NCBI GenBank assembly: GCA_963774895.1
Contig: CAVZGN010000004.1
Location: forward strand, 299,825 to 363,824
Reading direction: 5' to 3'
Length of the DNA: 64,000 bases
Source: an uncultured Pseudomonadota bacterium
Lineage (GTDB): Bacteria > Pseudomonadota > Gammaproteobacteria > Natronospirales > REEB76
Below are positions 1-10,281 of the stretch, piece after piece. Positions within the stretch are counted from its first letter, which is position 1; the number at the start of each line of letters is the position of its first letter. Under the pieces are notes generated by a model, which saw nothing but the letters and a program-made list of their open reading frames with translations, was not told the DNA's origin and searched no databases. The position numbers and the translations under genes are program-made.

Positions 1-2148
1 GTTCACGCTGTTTAGCTGCAGCTTTGGCAGGCTGGCCGCGGCAACGCTCACATCCTGAAGATGGGCGATGCATTCGAGGCGGTAAGTATCCAGATGCTCT
101 AGGGGTAATACCAGGTTCAGACTCACATCGCTGCGGCCTGTAGCTATAAGACTGTCGAGAGAATGACCGAAGTGATCTCTCAGGGCCTTGCTGCGCAGGA
201 ACTCCAGTGCTGCAGAAGCACTGCCACGGGCCGTTCCCTTGATTACCAGTATGCCCTGGCGCAAGTTGGCAATGCCGGCGGTAGTTCCACCGATGTCATC
301 GCCCAGATATGCGCCGCGCTGCACCACGACGCTCAAACCTTGATTTTTGAATTCCACGTCTGCTTCAAGCGACTGTACCCGCGGCCAGCCGGCGGCGTAA
401 TCCAGCACGCCATTGACCAGATGGAAGCGGATATCGAACAGACCCTGCCCCTTATCGTAGGGAAAGTCATGCAGTCGGCCCCGCAAAATCAGGCTGCCGG
501 AAGGTACTTGCCCACCGACGATCGAGCTATCCAGCCACGAGACTACTTCTTTGGGCATGATACCGACAGGTAGATACAGGGATTTACTCTTGGCGTTAAC
601 ATTCTGCGCGTTGGCCTGCAAATCGATGATGGGTGAACTGCCGTCGGCCGGCAGCAGCAACGTACCTTTCGCCTGCACATGCAGGTCCGGGTTGGCAGCG
701 GAAAAATCACCGGTGGAGATGTGCCAGCCCTGGGTATCGTGGAGGAACTGTACGTGGGCTCCCAGAGTGGTGGCGGATAGTGGGCTGCGGAACAATCGCG
801 AGAAGTTCGCAGACGCATTTTGACCCGTTAACTTCAGACTGCCGCTGTCTTGATTGACCGTGAGCTGACCCGTCAACCCGCCAAATCCCGGGATATTGCC
901 GTCCGCTCGCAGACCAAGATCGCTGAAACTGCCAGCCAGCGACCAGGTGTCGATGACTTTGCCATTCCATCGGGCTTGAAAATTCACATCGCGGATATCG
1001 CCGCTCGGTGCTAGACGCAGTAGACGCTGCCTGTCAGAGAAAAAATCCCCCGGCAGCCAAGAGGCCAGCGTGACTATGTCCTGCAAACGCAGGAAACTTG
1101 CATCCCCCCACCAGCTCACACTGGCATCCTCACCCTGGAGGAAACGTAGATTGAACCGGCTGGCCGGCCAGCTCTCCTGGCCTCGCTGCGCCTGCATATT
1201 GCTACCGGCCAGAACCCAGCCACTGGCGCTCCGGCTCCAGTTTACGGTGCCCGACAACAGATCGAATCCCTGTTGGCTGGCGCTATTAGCCGCGGGTGTC
1301 AACCGCTGGGCCTGCACATCAGCCTGCAGGTGTTTGATGCTTGCGCCCAGACCCGATAGGTCTGCACTCAGATCCAGTTGGCCGCTGCTGAAGCTGTTAT
1401 TAAAGACCGGCCAGTAGGCAAGCCATTGCGGTACATTGAGCGCGCTGCCCTGCACATCCGCCTGCCACTGCCAGGTTTCCGGTTGAGTTGCCTGTCCCTG
1501 AATATCGCCTGCGAAAGTCAGGCTGCGCCCTAGAACCGCTGGTAACTGCAGACGGCCCGAAACCTTATGCCTGTCGGCGCTATTCTCTACATTCAATCGG
1601 ATATTGCTGAATATCAGGGTTTCTGCAGACCTTTGTTTATCTATAAATGTTATTTCTCCGTCCCGCACCAGCACATCCGCGTCCTGTGCGAATAACTCCC
1701 CGGCTTCCTGTCGCCAGTTGGTTGGCACAGTTGAGGATTCGAGTCCGTGGATGCTGATGGTGCCGTTGGCGTCGCGGTCCAGACCCAGCTTTGGCTGTAT
1801 CAGGATGATGCGGTTGGGGCGCGAGAAGCGTCCGTGCAGCATCGCGCCGAGGGTATAACCGAGGCGGATCTCTTGCGCCGCTATCACTACACGCTGGCCG
1901 TCATGCGAGAGGATTTCGACGTTTTCCAGTGTGGCTTCCGGGCCATACAGGCCCCACTGAGCACCGACAGCGGCGATGCGCACCGGTCGGCCCAGTGCCT
2001 GGCTGGCGCCGGCTTGGACTTGTGCACGATAACCGGGTACCAGTGGCGTGAGCAGCCGGAATAATCCTACGAGGGTCGCGAACAACAGCAGCACCGCGGC
2101 GATTAAGCCCACGGTCATTTTCCAGGTGAGATGATGCCAACGCTGCAT
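1..2148 (-). CDS. yhdP: YhdP/AsmA-like phospholipid transport protein (partial, runs off window start)
   Basis: ATG at 2148 reads MQRWHHLTWKMTVGLIAAVLLLFATLVGLFRLLTPLVPGYRAQV...WGLYGPEATLENVEI, an N-terminal anchor typical of YhdP; directly downstream of rng; absent from the ORF track, consistent with no stop inside the window. Confidence 0.85.
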   Translation of the reverse strand, partial: MQRWHHLTWKMTVGLIAAVLLLFATLVGLFRLLTPLVPGYRAQVQAGASQALGRPVRIAAVGAQWGLYGPEATLENVEILSHDGQRVVIAAQEIRLGYTLGAMLHGRFSRPNRIILIQPKLGLDRDANGTISIHGLESSTVPTNWRQEAGELFAQDADVLVRDGEITFIDKQRSAETLIFSNIRLNVENSADRHKVSGRLQLPAVLGRSLTFAGDIQGQATQPETWQWQADVQGSALNVPQWLAYWPVFNNSFSSGQLDLSADLSGLGASIKHLQADVQAQRLTPAANSASQQGFDLLSGTVNWSRSASGWVLAGSNMQAQRGQESWPASRFNLRFLQGEDASVSWWGDASFLRLQDIVTLASWLPGDFFSDRQRLLRLAPSGDIRDVNFQARWNGKVIDTWSLAGSFSDLGLRADGNIPGFGGLTGQLTVNQDSGSLKLTGQNASANFSRLFRSPLSATTLGAHVQFLHDTQGWHISTGDFSAANPDLHVQAKGTLLLPADGSSPIIDLQANAQNVNAKSKSLYLPVGIMPKEVVSWLDSSIVGGQVPSGSLILRGRLHDFPYDKGQGLFDIRFHLVNGVLDYAAGWPRVQSLEADVEFKNQGLSVVVQRGAYLGDDIGGTTAGIANLRQGILVIKGTARGSASAALEFLRSKALRDHFGHSLDSLIATGRSDVSLNLVLPLEHLDTYRLECIAHLQDVSVAAASLPKLQLNSVN

Positions 2149-2174
2149 GTTTATCTAGCGACCTCGGTGTACTT

Positions 2175-3644
2175 TCACATCGGCACCACGTCAAATTGCT
2201 CCTGGTTATACAGGGCCTCGGCCTGAAGGCGTATGGGTTTGCCGATCTGGCTTTCCAGATCCGCAAGGCCGCTGGATTCCTCATCCAGCAGCAGACTGAT
2301 CACTTCCTGGGAAGCCAGCACGCGCAATTCCCTGGCCTCGAACTGGTGCGCTTCACGCAGGATCTCGCGGAAGATCTCATAACAAACGGTCTCCGGCGTC
2401 TTCAGCGAAGCGCGGCCCTGGCAGGTGGGACAAGGCATGCACAGCACATGTTCCAGGCTTTCGCGCGTGCGCTTGCGCGTCATCTCCACCAAACCCAGCG
2501 CCGAGATCTCGGTGACCTGGGTTTTGGCGCGGTCCGTGGCGAGCGCCTGCTGCAGCGCCTGCAAGACCAGTTGTCTGTGATTCGCATCGAGCATGTCGAT
2601 GAAATCGATGATGATTATGCCGCCCAGATTCCGCAGACGCAATTGACGGGCAATCGCTTTGGCCGCTTCCAGATTGGTATTGAGAATGGTCTCTTCCATA
2701 TTGCGATGCCCGACATAGGCGCCGGTATTCACGTCAATCGTGGTCATGGCCTCGGTTTGGTCGATGATGAGATAACCGCCGGATTGCAATGCTACGCTAC
2801 GTTCCAGAGCCTTGCGGATCTCTTCTTCGACGCCGTACACATCGAAGATGGGCCGCGTGCCTTGGTAGTGTTCGATACGGGAACTTAGCTCCGGCACGAA
2901 CATGCCAGCGAATTCGCACATGCGTGCATAGGCTTCTGCGGTATCCACTTGCACCTTGTGTATCTCGCCTCCGAATAGATCGCGCAGGATGCGCACCGAA
3001 AGCGGATGGTCTTCGTGCACCCGATTGCCGGCCGGGATATCCCCGGCCCGCGCGCGTATATTTTCCCAGAGTCTGTTCAGGAACAGCATGTCGGCGCGCA
3101 GGGCTTCTGCCGGTGCGTCCTCACCGGCAGTGCGCACAATGTAGCCACCTTTATCGACAGAGGCAGCGAAAGCCTGCAATAGATGCATGAGACGTTCGCG
3201 CTCTGCTACACCCTCGATGCGCGCTGACAGAGCCAGGCTCCCGCCCTCCGGCAGATACACCAGGTATCGGGAAGGAATGCTGATGTTGGTGGTGAGGCGT
3301 GCGCCCTTGGTACCGAGCGGATCCTTGAGCACCTGCACCAGTATCTCCTGGCCTTGGAGTAACAACGTACGGATGTCCACCGGCACTTCGCCCGGGTGAG
3401 CATCATCCGCATTAGCTGTCTTGGCGATGTCGGCGGCGTGCAAGAAGGCCGTGCGCTCCAGACCGATATCGACGAAGGCCGCTTGCATGCCCGGCAACAC
3501 CCGCGCTACCTTGCCCTTGTAGATGTTGCCCACCAGCCCACGGTGATGCACACGCTCGATGTAGAGTTCTTGCAGCACACCCGCATCGAGCAGCGCCACC
3601 CGCGTCTCGCGCGGTGTGACGTTAATCAGGATCTCCTCGTTCAT
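2175..3644 (-). CDS. rng: Ribonuclease G
   Basis: 489 aa; GNIYKGKVARVLPGMQAAFVDIG S1 domain, TIDVNTG and LRNLGGIIIIDFIDM motifs. Confidence 0.97.
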   Translation of the reverse strand: MNEEILINVTPRETRVALLDAGVLQELYIERVHHRGLVGNIYKGKVARVLPGMQAAFVDIGLERTAFLHAADIAKTANADDAHPGEVPVDIRTLLLQGQEILVQVLKDPLGTKGARLTTNISIPSRYLVYLPEGGSLALSARIEGVAERERLMHLLQAFAASVDKGGYIVRTAGEDAPAEALRADMLFLNRLWENIRARAGDIPAGNRVHEDHPLSVRILRDLFGGEIHKVQVDTAEAYARMCEFAGMFVPELSSRIEHYQGTRPIFDVYGVEEEIRKALERSVALQSGGYLIIDQTEAMTTIDVNTGAYVGHRNMEETILNTNLEAAKAIARQLRLRNLGGIIIIDFIDMLDANHRQLVLQALQQALATDRAKTQVTEISALGLVEMTRKRTRESLEHVLCMPCPTCQGRASLKTPETVCYEIFREILREAHQFEARELRVLASQEVISLLLDEESSGLADLESQIGKPIRLQAEALYNQEQFDVVPM

Positions 3645-3681
3645 GGCCTAATCGCGGCCGCGAGCGCCGCACCCTTGGTTT

Positions 3682-4266
3682 CTAGAGAATTCGTATGCCG
3701 GCGGCGCGCAGCAGCTCGCCGGTTTCAAACAATGGCAGTCCCATGACGCCGGCATAGCTGCCTTCGATGCGCTCGATGAACAGCGCACCGCGTCCCTGGA
3801 TGGCATAGCCACCGGCCTTGTCCTTGGGCTCGCCGCTCCGCCAGTAATTCGCGGCTTCCTCGGCTGTGATGGCGCGGAATTTGACCGTGCTCACGCTCAG
3901 GGCGCTATGCATGACACCGTCATGCCACAGCGTTACCGCCGATAATACCTGATGTCTGCGGTCCGACAGGCGCGCCAACATGGCTAGCCCTTCGGTCCGG
4001 TCTGCCGGCTTACCGAGAATTGTAGCGTCTACGCTCACCAGCGTATCGGCTGCGAGTATCGGTTGATTGATGCCGCTTCCCAAAACCAGCAGCGCCGCTC
4101 GCGCCTTGGCTTCCGCCAACCGCTGCACGCAAGCCGCGGGCTGTTCACCGCTGCCAACCGTTTCATCCACATGCACCTTCACCACCTGGAAGCGCACTCC
4201 CAATTGTCGCAGAAGATCTGCGCGACGCGGCGACTGGGAAACCAGATAGATGAAACGGTCCTGCAT
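3682..4266 (-). CDS. maf: Maf family nucleoside triphosphate pyrophosphatase
   Basis: SQSPRRADLL, ADTLV...ILGKP, EPKDKAGGYAIQG, VMGLPL motifs. Confidence 0.95.
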   Translation of the reverse strand: MQDRFIYLVSQSPRRADLLRQLGVRFQVVKVHVDETVGSGEQPAACVQRLAEAKARAALLVLGSGINQPILAADTLVSVDATILGKPADRTEGLAMLARLSDRRHQVLSAVTLWHDGVMHSALSVSTVKFRAITAEEAANYWRSGEPKDKAGGYAIQGRGALFIERIEGSYAGVMGLPLFETGELLRAAGIRIL

Positions 4267-4325
4267 AAACCCTCATCGATTGGTAGCGCACGGCTTCATG
4301 CCGCAATGGCGAATAAATAAAATGT

Positions 4326-4451
4326 GTAGGAGCGGTGGTATCCGCCGCGATACGTGACCGAGCAAACCATCGCGGCCGGGCTGCTTTCGGCATCCTGTAG
4401 GAGCGGTCGTCCCGACCGCGATAATTTCGCGGCGGATACCGCCGCTCCTAC
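4326..4451. repeat. GTAG-type REP cluster (three units, last inverted)
   Basis: GTAGGAGCGGTGGTATCCGCCGCGAT at 4326, GTAGGAGCGGTCGTCCCGACCGCGAT at 4397, inverted copy ending CCGCTCCTAC at 4451. Confidence 0.9.
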
Positions 4452-4456
4452 CTGTA

Positions 4457-4927
4457 TCATGTGCGATGATACGGATGGCCTTTCAATATTGTCCACGCGC
4501 GGTACAGCTGTTCAGCCACCACCACCCGCACCAAACCGTGGGGCATGGTCAGCGGTGACAGGGACCAGCTGAGCTCAGTGCGCTGCATACACTCCTCCGC
4601 CAGCCCGTCGGGTCCGCCGATCATTAACGCAAGATCACGGCCGTTCTTCAGCCAGCGGTCGAGCTGCCGCGCCAGCGCTTGGCTATTGAAACTTCGGCCA
4701 TCCACGTCTAGCGCGATCAGGCAGGCATCCATGGGCATAGCGGCCAACATACGCGTGCCTTCCTCGTTGATGGCTTTGACAACATCGCCGCCACGCCGTT
4801 TGGCGCTCAATGGAATTTCCTTCAATACCAGCCTGCATTCCTTTGGCAGGCGCTCGGCGTACTGATTGAAACCGGTATTTATCCAGGCTGGCAGGCGCGT
4901 ACCGGCGGCCAGTAGATGGATGCGCAT
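4457..4927 (-). CDS. rlmH: 23S rRNA pseudouridine-1915 N3-methyltransferase
   Basis: 156 aa SPOUT; IGGPDGL, WSLSPLTMPH, EQLYRAWTILKGHPYHR. Confidence 0.97.
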   Translation of the reverse strand: MRIHLLAAGTRLPAWINTGFNQYAERLPKECRLVLKEIPLSAKRRGGDVVKAINEEGTRMLAAMPMDACLIALDVDGRSFNSQALARQLDRWLKNGRDLALMIGGPDGLAEECMQRTELSWSLSPLTMPHGLVRVVVAEQLYRAWTILKGHPYHRT

Positions 4928-4930
4928 GGC

Positions 4931-5305
4931 TCAGCGGCGCTTGCGAGCGCTGGCAACAGGCAATGTTGTCTCTGCAGCCGGTGCATTCATACCCCAAAGT
5001 TTTTCCAAATTGTAGAAATCCCGCATCTGGGGACGCATGATGTGCGCCACCACGTCGCGCAGATCCACCAGTACCCACTCACCTTCCTGCTCACCCTCGA
5101 CGCCCATGGGTTTCACACCCGCAGAGCGTGCCTGATCCAACACGTTGCGAGCCAGGGATTTCACATGCCGGTCCGAGGTGCCACTGGCGACGACCATGAA
5201 ATCAGTGATCGCCGTCATGCCGCGCACATCCAGTGCATGGATGTCCATCCCCTTCATATCCTGTAATGCATCGATAACCAGGTCGCGCAGTTTTTCTGCT
5301 TGCAT
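4931..5305 (-). CDS. rsfS: Ribosome silencing factor
   Basis: ALQDMKGMDI, DFMVVASGTSDRHV, WVLVDL, RDFYNLEKLW; ATG at 5305 overlaps the nadD stop (TGATG). Confidence 0.95.
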   Translation of the reverse strand: MQAEKLRDLVIDALQDMKGMDIHALDVRGMTAITDFMVVASGTSDRHVKSLARNVLDQARSAGVKPMGVEGEQEGEWVLVDLRDVVAHIMRPQMRDFYNLEKLWGMNAPAAETTLPVASARKRR

Positions 5306-5952
5306 CAGTGCTCCGGGGGTTGCATATAACAATGTGAATTAATTATCAGTTCGCGCACCGGTTCGGGCACCAGGAACCGCGAATCACCACCCGCAGCGAT
5401 GGACGCGCGCACCTGTGTGGAAGATATCTCCAATTGCGTCACCGGCTGCAGCAGGATGCGTCCAGCAGATGCCGACCAAAGTTCCTTTACTGAACACGCC
5501 TGCCGCTGGTGGATGACCTCAAGCAATTCACCACCACTCTGCAAAACCCAACCCGGACGGTGTGCGACGATCACATGCGCATAGTCAAAAATCTTCCGCC
5601 ACTGGTGCCAGCCCGGAAACCCCAGGAATGCATCCATACCAACCAGCAGTGCCATCAGATCACCCGGAAACGCACGCTGCAGATCGGAGAGCGTGTCCAC
5701 TGTATAAGAAGGCGCGCTGCGTTTGATCTCACGGTCATCCACAATAAATCGTGGCTCTTTCTCTACGGCGACTTTGACCATCTGCAGGCGCAGGCTGGCG
5801 GAAGCTGTAGGAGCTTGTCTGAGGGGTGGCTGGCCCGCCGGTATGAAGCGGATTTCGTCCAGCGTGACTGCGTTCAGGATTTCCAGGGCTGGCCGCAAAT
5901 GGCCAAAGTGGATGGGGTCGAAGCTGCCCCCGAAGATACCGATTTTTCTCAT
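5305..5952 (-). CDS. nadD: Nicotinate-nucleotide adenylyltransferase
   Basis: GGSFDPIHFGH, SYTVDTL, ISSTQVR motifs. Confidence 0.97.
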   Translation of the reverse strand: MRKIGIFGGSFDPIHFGHLRPALEILNAVTLDEIRFIPAGQPPLRQAPTASASLRLQMVKVAVEKEPRFIVDDREIKRSAPSYTVDTLSDLQRAFPGDLMALLVGMDAFLGFPGWHQWRKIFDYAHVIVAHRPGWVLQSGGELLEVIHQRQACSVKELWSASAGRILLQPVTQLEISSTQVRASIAAGGDSRFLVPEPVRELIINSHCYMQPPEH

Positions 5953-5986
5953 GCGCGGTGGTGGCGCTCCCTGGGTTCCTGACTGT

Positions 5987-7009
5987 TCATGCCGGCTGCT
6001 TATGGCCCGCCAGGCTCTGCGACAAGTTTAACAGTTCATCCCAGGGCCGACCTGCCGCCTGACCCTTGAGCACCCTGTCGGCATAGGCCGCTAATGCCAA
6101 AAGCTTTTGCCAGTCCTGATACGGATGACGGCCCAGGGCTTTCTGGACCAGGGTACGACGTTTCTCCCAGACACTCGCCAGTGCTCGTTGCAGCGGCATC
6201 CCACCCCGGATATCCCAAGCCACGCAGGTAAGGCTGCGTATTTCTCGGGTCAGCGCCCACAGAATGAACGTGGGTTCGGTACCCTCTTCCTCAAGCCCCT
6301 TGAGGATATGCGCGGTACGGCGTGGATCGCCTGCCAGGGCTGCATCCACCAGTGCGTAGGGATCGTAGCGGGCGCTGTCGGCCACGGCTTCACGGGCGGC
6401 AGCCGCGTCCACCGGACCCGGTCCATGCAGCAACAACAGCTTTTCCACTTCCTGGGCGGCCGCCAGCAGATTGCCCTCGACACGCCCCGCGATCAACGCC
6501 ACCGCTTCGAGAGTGGGATCCAGGCCTGCACTCTTTAGGCGCTGCCCGATCCAGCCGGGGAGATTTTTGATATCAACCGGCCAGATGCTCAACAGCACTC
6601 CGCGTTGTTCCAGAGCCTCGGCCCAACGGCCGCCGCCGCGCTCCAGCTTGGCGCTGATCACCAATAACAGCATATCGGGCGCTGGATCTTTGGCATAAGC
6701 GATGAGCGCTTGAGCACCGTCATCGCCGGGTTTGCCGCTGGGCAGACGCACTTCCAGGATACGCCTGGAAGCGAATAAGGAGAGGTTGGCGCCGGCCGTG
6801 TTGAGCTGGTTCCAGTCGAAGCCACGTTCCGCAAACAGCACTTCGCGATCCGCATACCCGCGCGCACGTGCCGCAGCACGTATGGCGTCAGCGGCTTCCT
6901 CGCGTTGCAAAGGCTCATCGCCCGCGACCAGATACACGGATGCGAGCGTGTTCTTCAGATGGGATTCAAGCCGGTCAATCGTGAGCTTCAAGGTTTTTGA
7001 CCCATGCAT
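5987..7009 (-). CDS. holA: DNA polymerase III delta subunit (true start may be TTG at 6991)
   Basis: VYLVAGDEPL, SLFASRR, VEGNLLAAAQEVEKL; follows lptE. Confidence 0.95.
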   Translation of the reverse strand: MHGSKTLKLTIDRLESHLKNTLASVYLVAGDEPLQREEAADAIRAAARARGYADREVLFAERGFDWNQLNTAGANLSLFASRRILEVRLPSGKPGDDGAQALIAYAKDPAPDMLLLVISAKLERGGGRWAEALEQRGVLLSIWPVDIKNLPGWIGQRLKSAGLDPTLEAVALIAGRVEGNLLAAAQEVEKLLLLHGPGPVDAAAAREAVADSARYDPYALVDAALAGDPRRTAHILKGLEEEGTEPTFILWALTREIRSLTCVAWDIRGGMPLQRALASVWEKRRTLVQKALGRHPYQDWQKLLALAAYADRVLKGQAAGRPWDELLNLSQSLAGHKQPA

Positions 7010-7017
7010 AAATCATC

Positions 7018-7142
7018 GTAGGAGCGATCATCCGATGTACAAGGATTTTGACGTAGGAGCAATCGTCCGATATACAGGGCTTTAGGCGTAGGAGCGGTCG
7101 TCCCGACCGCGATGATTTCGCGGCGAATATCGCCGCTCCTAC
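7018..7142. repeat. GTAG-type REP cluster; three direct units at 35-bp period plus an inverted unit
   Basis: GTAGGAGC at 7018, 7053 and 7088; inverted CGCCGCTCCTAC ending at 7142. Confidence 0.9.
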
Positions 7143-7180
7143 AGAGAATCATATCAGGGCGAATGTGCCGCACCGCTTGC

Positions 7181-7693
7181 CTAATGCTTTCCAACCGCAT
7201 GTCTGTTGGCGGCGTCGATGCGGAACATGATCAGTTCCGCCATGTTGTCCTGGAGAGCCTTGTATAGCAAGTCAGCCTGTTCAGTATCACCGATAATGCT
7301 GGTGGTGCTGTAATTATAACTACGCGTTAGCGTGAGTTGCTGTGGTTCGATAAGCGTCTTGCCGCCGGCGGTGGTAAGCGAGAACAGCACTTGAAAGGCG
7401 ACCTGATATTCCAGCGGTTGACCGGTATTGCTGACTGATAACACCCGCTGGGAACGCTTGGAATCCAATATATTGAGTACCGCCGTAGCTGTGGTAGCAT
7501 CAATGGTCACTGAGGTGGTGGGCGTATGCAAACTGCGGCTCAGGGCACGCACCAGTTCGGTATTATTGCCGGCATTGGCGATATAAGTCCGCTGCATGAC
7601 CGCCGGCAACTTGGCGGGCTGACGCAACTGAAAACCACAGCCTGCCAGCAGCAAGCATAAAATTATAATTGGCGTTGGATTCAATCGACGCAT
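7181..7693 (-). CDS. lptE: LPS assembly lipoprotein
   Basis: Lipobox LAGC followed by GFQLR; between leuS and holA. Confidence 0.93.
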   Translation of the reverse strand: MRRLNPTPIIILCLLLAGCGFQLRQPAKLPAVMQRTYIANAGNNTELVRALSRSLHTPTTSVTIDATTATAVLNILDSKRSQRVLSVSNTGQPLEYQVAFQVLFSLTTAGGKTLIEPQQLTLTRSYNYSTTSIIGDTEQADLLYKALQDNMAELIMFRIDAANRHAVGKH

Positions 7694-10281
7694 CAGACCA
7701 CCACGTTCACAAGTTTGCCCGGAACCACGATTACTTTTTTTACCGCTTTACCATCCACGAACTTCCGTACATTGGTTTCTGAAAGTGCCGCCTGTTCGAG
7801 CTGAGCGCGCCCCGCATCTGTAGGCACAGATATCCGGCCGCGCAGCTTGCCGTTCACCTGCACCACCAATTCGATGCTGTCACGTAGCAGCGCGATCTCT
7901 TCCGGCTTGGGCCAGGGCATGGACATCACCGATGCCTCATGGCCAAGCTCACGCCAGAGTGTCTCACAAATATACGGAGCCATGGGCGCCAGCATCAAAG
8001 TGACAATCTCAAAACCTTCCTGCTTCAGCGCCCGATCCTGATCGGTGGCGCCGGTGCTGTGCGTCAGGGCATTTAACAGCTCCATGATGGCCGCCACCGC
8101 TGTATTGAAAGTATAGCGGCGACCGATATCGTCACCCACCTTGGATAGGGTCTCGTGGATTTGACGGCGCAAGGTACGCTGATCGTCATTGAGTGAGGCG
8201 ACTGCTAGTTTCGGTACAGGTCCAGCATTCACGTGCTCCGCCACTGCCCTCCACAGCCGCTTGAGGAAACGATGTGCGCCTTCCACTCCAGTGGCTGACC
8301 ATTCCAGAGTCTGTTCCGGTGGCGCCGCAAACAGCATGAATAGCCGTAGGGTGTCAGCTCCGTACTTGTCCACCAGCGGCTGCGGATCCACGCCATTGGC
8401 TTTGGATTTGGACATGGTGCCCATGCCGCCGTATTCCACCGGTTTGCCATCCTGTCTGAAAGTCGCCCCTGTGATTTGTCCATTAGTGTCGTAAGCCGGC
8501 GTGACTTCATCCGGGTCGAAATAGCTGAGCCCGCCGGCCGAGCCCTTTCGATAGTAGATGTGATTCAGCACCATGCCTTGGGTCAGCAGGTTGGTGAAAG
8601 GCTCATCGAACTGCACCAATTTGAGGTCGCGCATCACCCGCGTCCAGAAGCGCGAATACAGCAGATGCAGGATGGCATGTTCGATGCCGCCGATATATTG
8701 GTCCACCGGCAGCCAGTAATTGACGCGCGCATCCACCATGGCCCGGACGTTATCCGGACAGGCATAACGCATGTAGTACCAGGACGAATCCACGAAGGTA
8801 TCCATAGTGTCGGTTTCGCGGCGCGCTTTCGCGCCGCACATCGGGCAGATGCAGTCCACGAAAGCTGTGCATTTTGCCAACGGATTGCCGCTGCCGTCTG
8901 AGATCAGATCCTCCGGCAATACCACCGGCAGATCTTTATCCGGCACCGGCACATCGCCGCAGAGTTCGCAATGGATGATCGGAATGGGACATCCCCAGTA
9001 GCGTTGACGCGAGATGCCCCAGTCCCGCAGCCGGTACACGGTGCGTTTCTCGCCCAGCTTTTTGCTTCTGAGATCTGCCGCGATGGCATCGATGGCTGCG
9101 GCTGAAGTCAGGCCATCGTATTTAGCGGAATTCACCATGAGGCCGTAGTCGAGCAAGGCTGCCTGCATGGATACCGGATCCGGCGCCGAACCATCCTCTG
9201 GCCGCACCACGACTTTGATCGGCAGAGCATGCTTGCGGGCAAACTCGAAATCCCGCTGGTCATGGGCTGGCACCGCCATAACCGCGCCTTCGCCGTAGCC
9301 CATGAGTACGTAGTTCGCCACCCATACTGGAAGCTTGGCGTCCATCAGCGGATGGCGCACATACAGTCCTGTGGGCACACCCTTCTTCTCCTGGGTGGCG
9401 AGTTCGGCTTCGGTGATGCCTCCCTGGCGACATTCCTCGATGAAGACCGCGACTCGCGGATCATGGGCTGCGGCCTTTGCTGCCAGCGGATGCTCAGCCG
9501 CTATCGCGATATAGGTTGCGCCCATGAGGGTGTCGGCACGCGTCGTGAATACTTTGAGTACGCCGCCGTCGTAGGGGAAGCCGATCTCCACGCCCTCACT
9601 CCTGCCGATCCAGTTGGCCTGCATGGTCTTGACGCGCTCCGGCCAGCCGCTGAGCCCGTCGAGCGCGCTCAGCAGCTCCTCCGCGTAGGCGGTGATGCGC
9701 AGGTAATACATGGGGATTTCGCGCTTCTCCACCAGCGCGCCGGTGCGCCAGCCGCGGCCGTCGATTACCTGCTCGTTGGCCAACACCGTCTGGTCCACCG
9801 GATCCCAGTTCACGCTGCCGGTGGTCTTGTAGGCGATGCCCATCTCCAACATGCGCAGGAATAGCCACTGGTTCCACTCGTAGTAGTTCGGATCGCAGGT
9901 GGTGATCTCCCGCGACCAGTCGATGGCGAATCCCAACGATTGCAGCTGCTTGCGCATGTAGGCGATGTTGTCGTAGGTCCATCGGGCCGGCGGCACGCCG
10001 TTTTTGATGGCGGCATTTTCCGCCGGCAGGCCGAAGGCATCCCAGCCCATGGGCTGCAACACGCATTTGCCTTGCATGCGCTGGTAGCGGGTGATCACGT
10101 CACCGATGGTGTAATTGCGCACGTGACCCATGTGCAGCCGGCCGCTGGGGTAAGGCAGCATGCACAGGCAGTAATACTTAGCCTCGTGCTTGTGTTCCAC
10201 AGCGGCGAATGAATTGTTCTCCATCCATGTTTTACGGGCATCGGCTTCCAGGGATTGTGCGCTGTATTCTGTTCGCATCAT
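7693..10281 (-). CDS. leuS: Leucine--tRNA ligase
   Basis: 862 aa; [11 protein letters not shown] (HIGH), MSKS motif, [12 protein letters not shown]. Confidence 0.98.
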   Translation of the reverse strand: MMRTEYSAQSLEADARKTWMENNSFAAVEHKHEAKYYCLCMLPYPSGRLHMGHVRNYTIGDVITRYQRMQGKCVLQPMGWDAFGLPAENAAIKNGVPPARWTYDNIAYMRKQLQSLGFAIDWSREITTCDPNYYEWNQWLFLRMLEMGIAYKTTGSVNWDPVDQTVLANEQVIDGRGWRTGALVEKREIPMYYLRITAYAEELLSALDGLSGWPERVKTMQANWIGRSEGVEIGFPYDGGVLKVFTTRADTLMGATYIAIAAEHPLAAKAAAHDPRVAVFIEECRQGGITEAELATQEKKGVPTGLYVRHPLMDAKLPVWVANYVLMGYGEGAVMAVPAHDQRDFEFARKHALPIKVVVRPEDGSAPDPVSMQAALLDYGLMVNSAKYDGLTSAAAIDAIAADLRSKKLGEKRTVYRLRDWGISRQRYWGCPIPIIHCELCGDVPVPDKDLPVVLPEDLISDGSGNPLAKCTAFVDCICPMCGAKARRETDTMDTFVDSSWYYMRYACPDNVRAMVDARVNYWLPVDQYIGGIEHAILHLLYSRFWTRVMRDLKLVQFDEPFTNLLTQGMVLNHIYYRKGSAGGLSYFDPDEVTPAYDTNGQITGATFRQDGKPVEYGGMGTMSKSKANGVDPQPLVDKYGADTLRLFMLFAAPPEQTLEWSATGVEGAHRFLKRLWRAVAEHVNAGPVPKLAVASLNDDQRTLRRQIHETLSKVGDDIGRRYTFNTAVAAIMELLNALTHSTGATDQDRALKQEGFEIVTLMLAPMAPYICETLWRELGHEASVMSMPWPKPEEIALLRDSIELVVQVNGKLRGRISVPTDAGRAQLEQAALSETNVRKFVDGKAVKKVIVVPGKLVNVVV

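Noticed and set aside
163..2064. Several short plus-strand ORFs
   Set aside because: Antisense to the partial yhdP reading frame
7018..7142. Possible mini CRISPR array (35-bp period)
   Set aside because: Units are degenerate REP copies with similar, not unique, intervening sequence; no cas genes in the window
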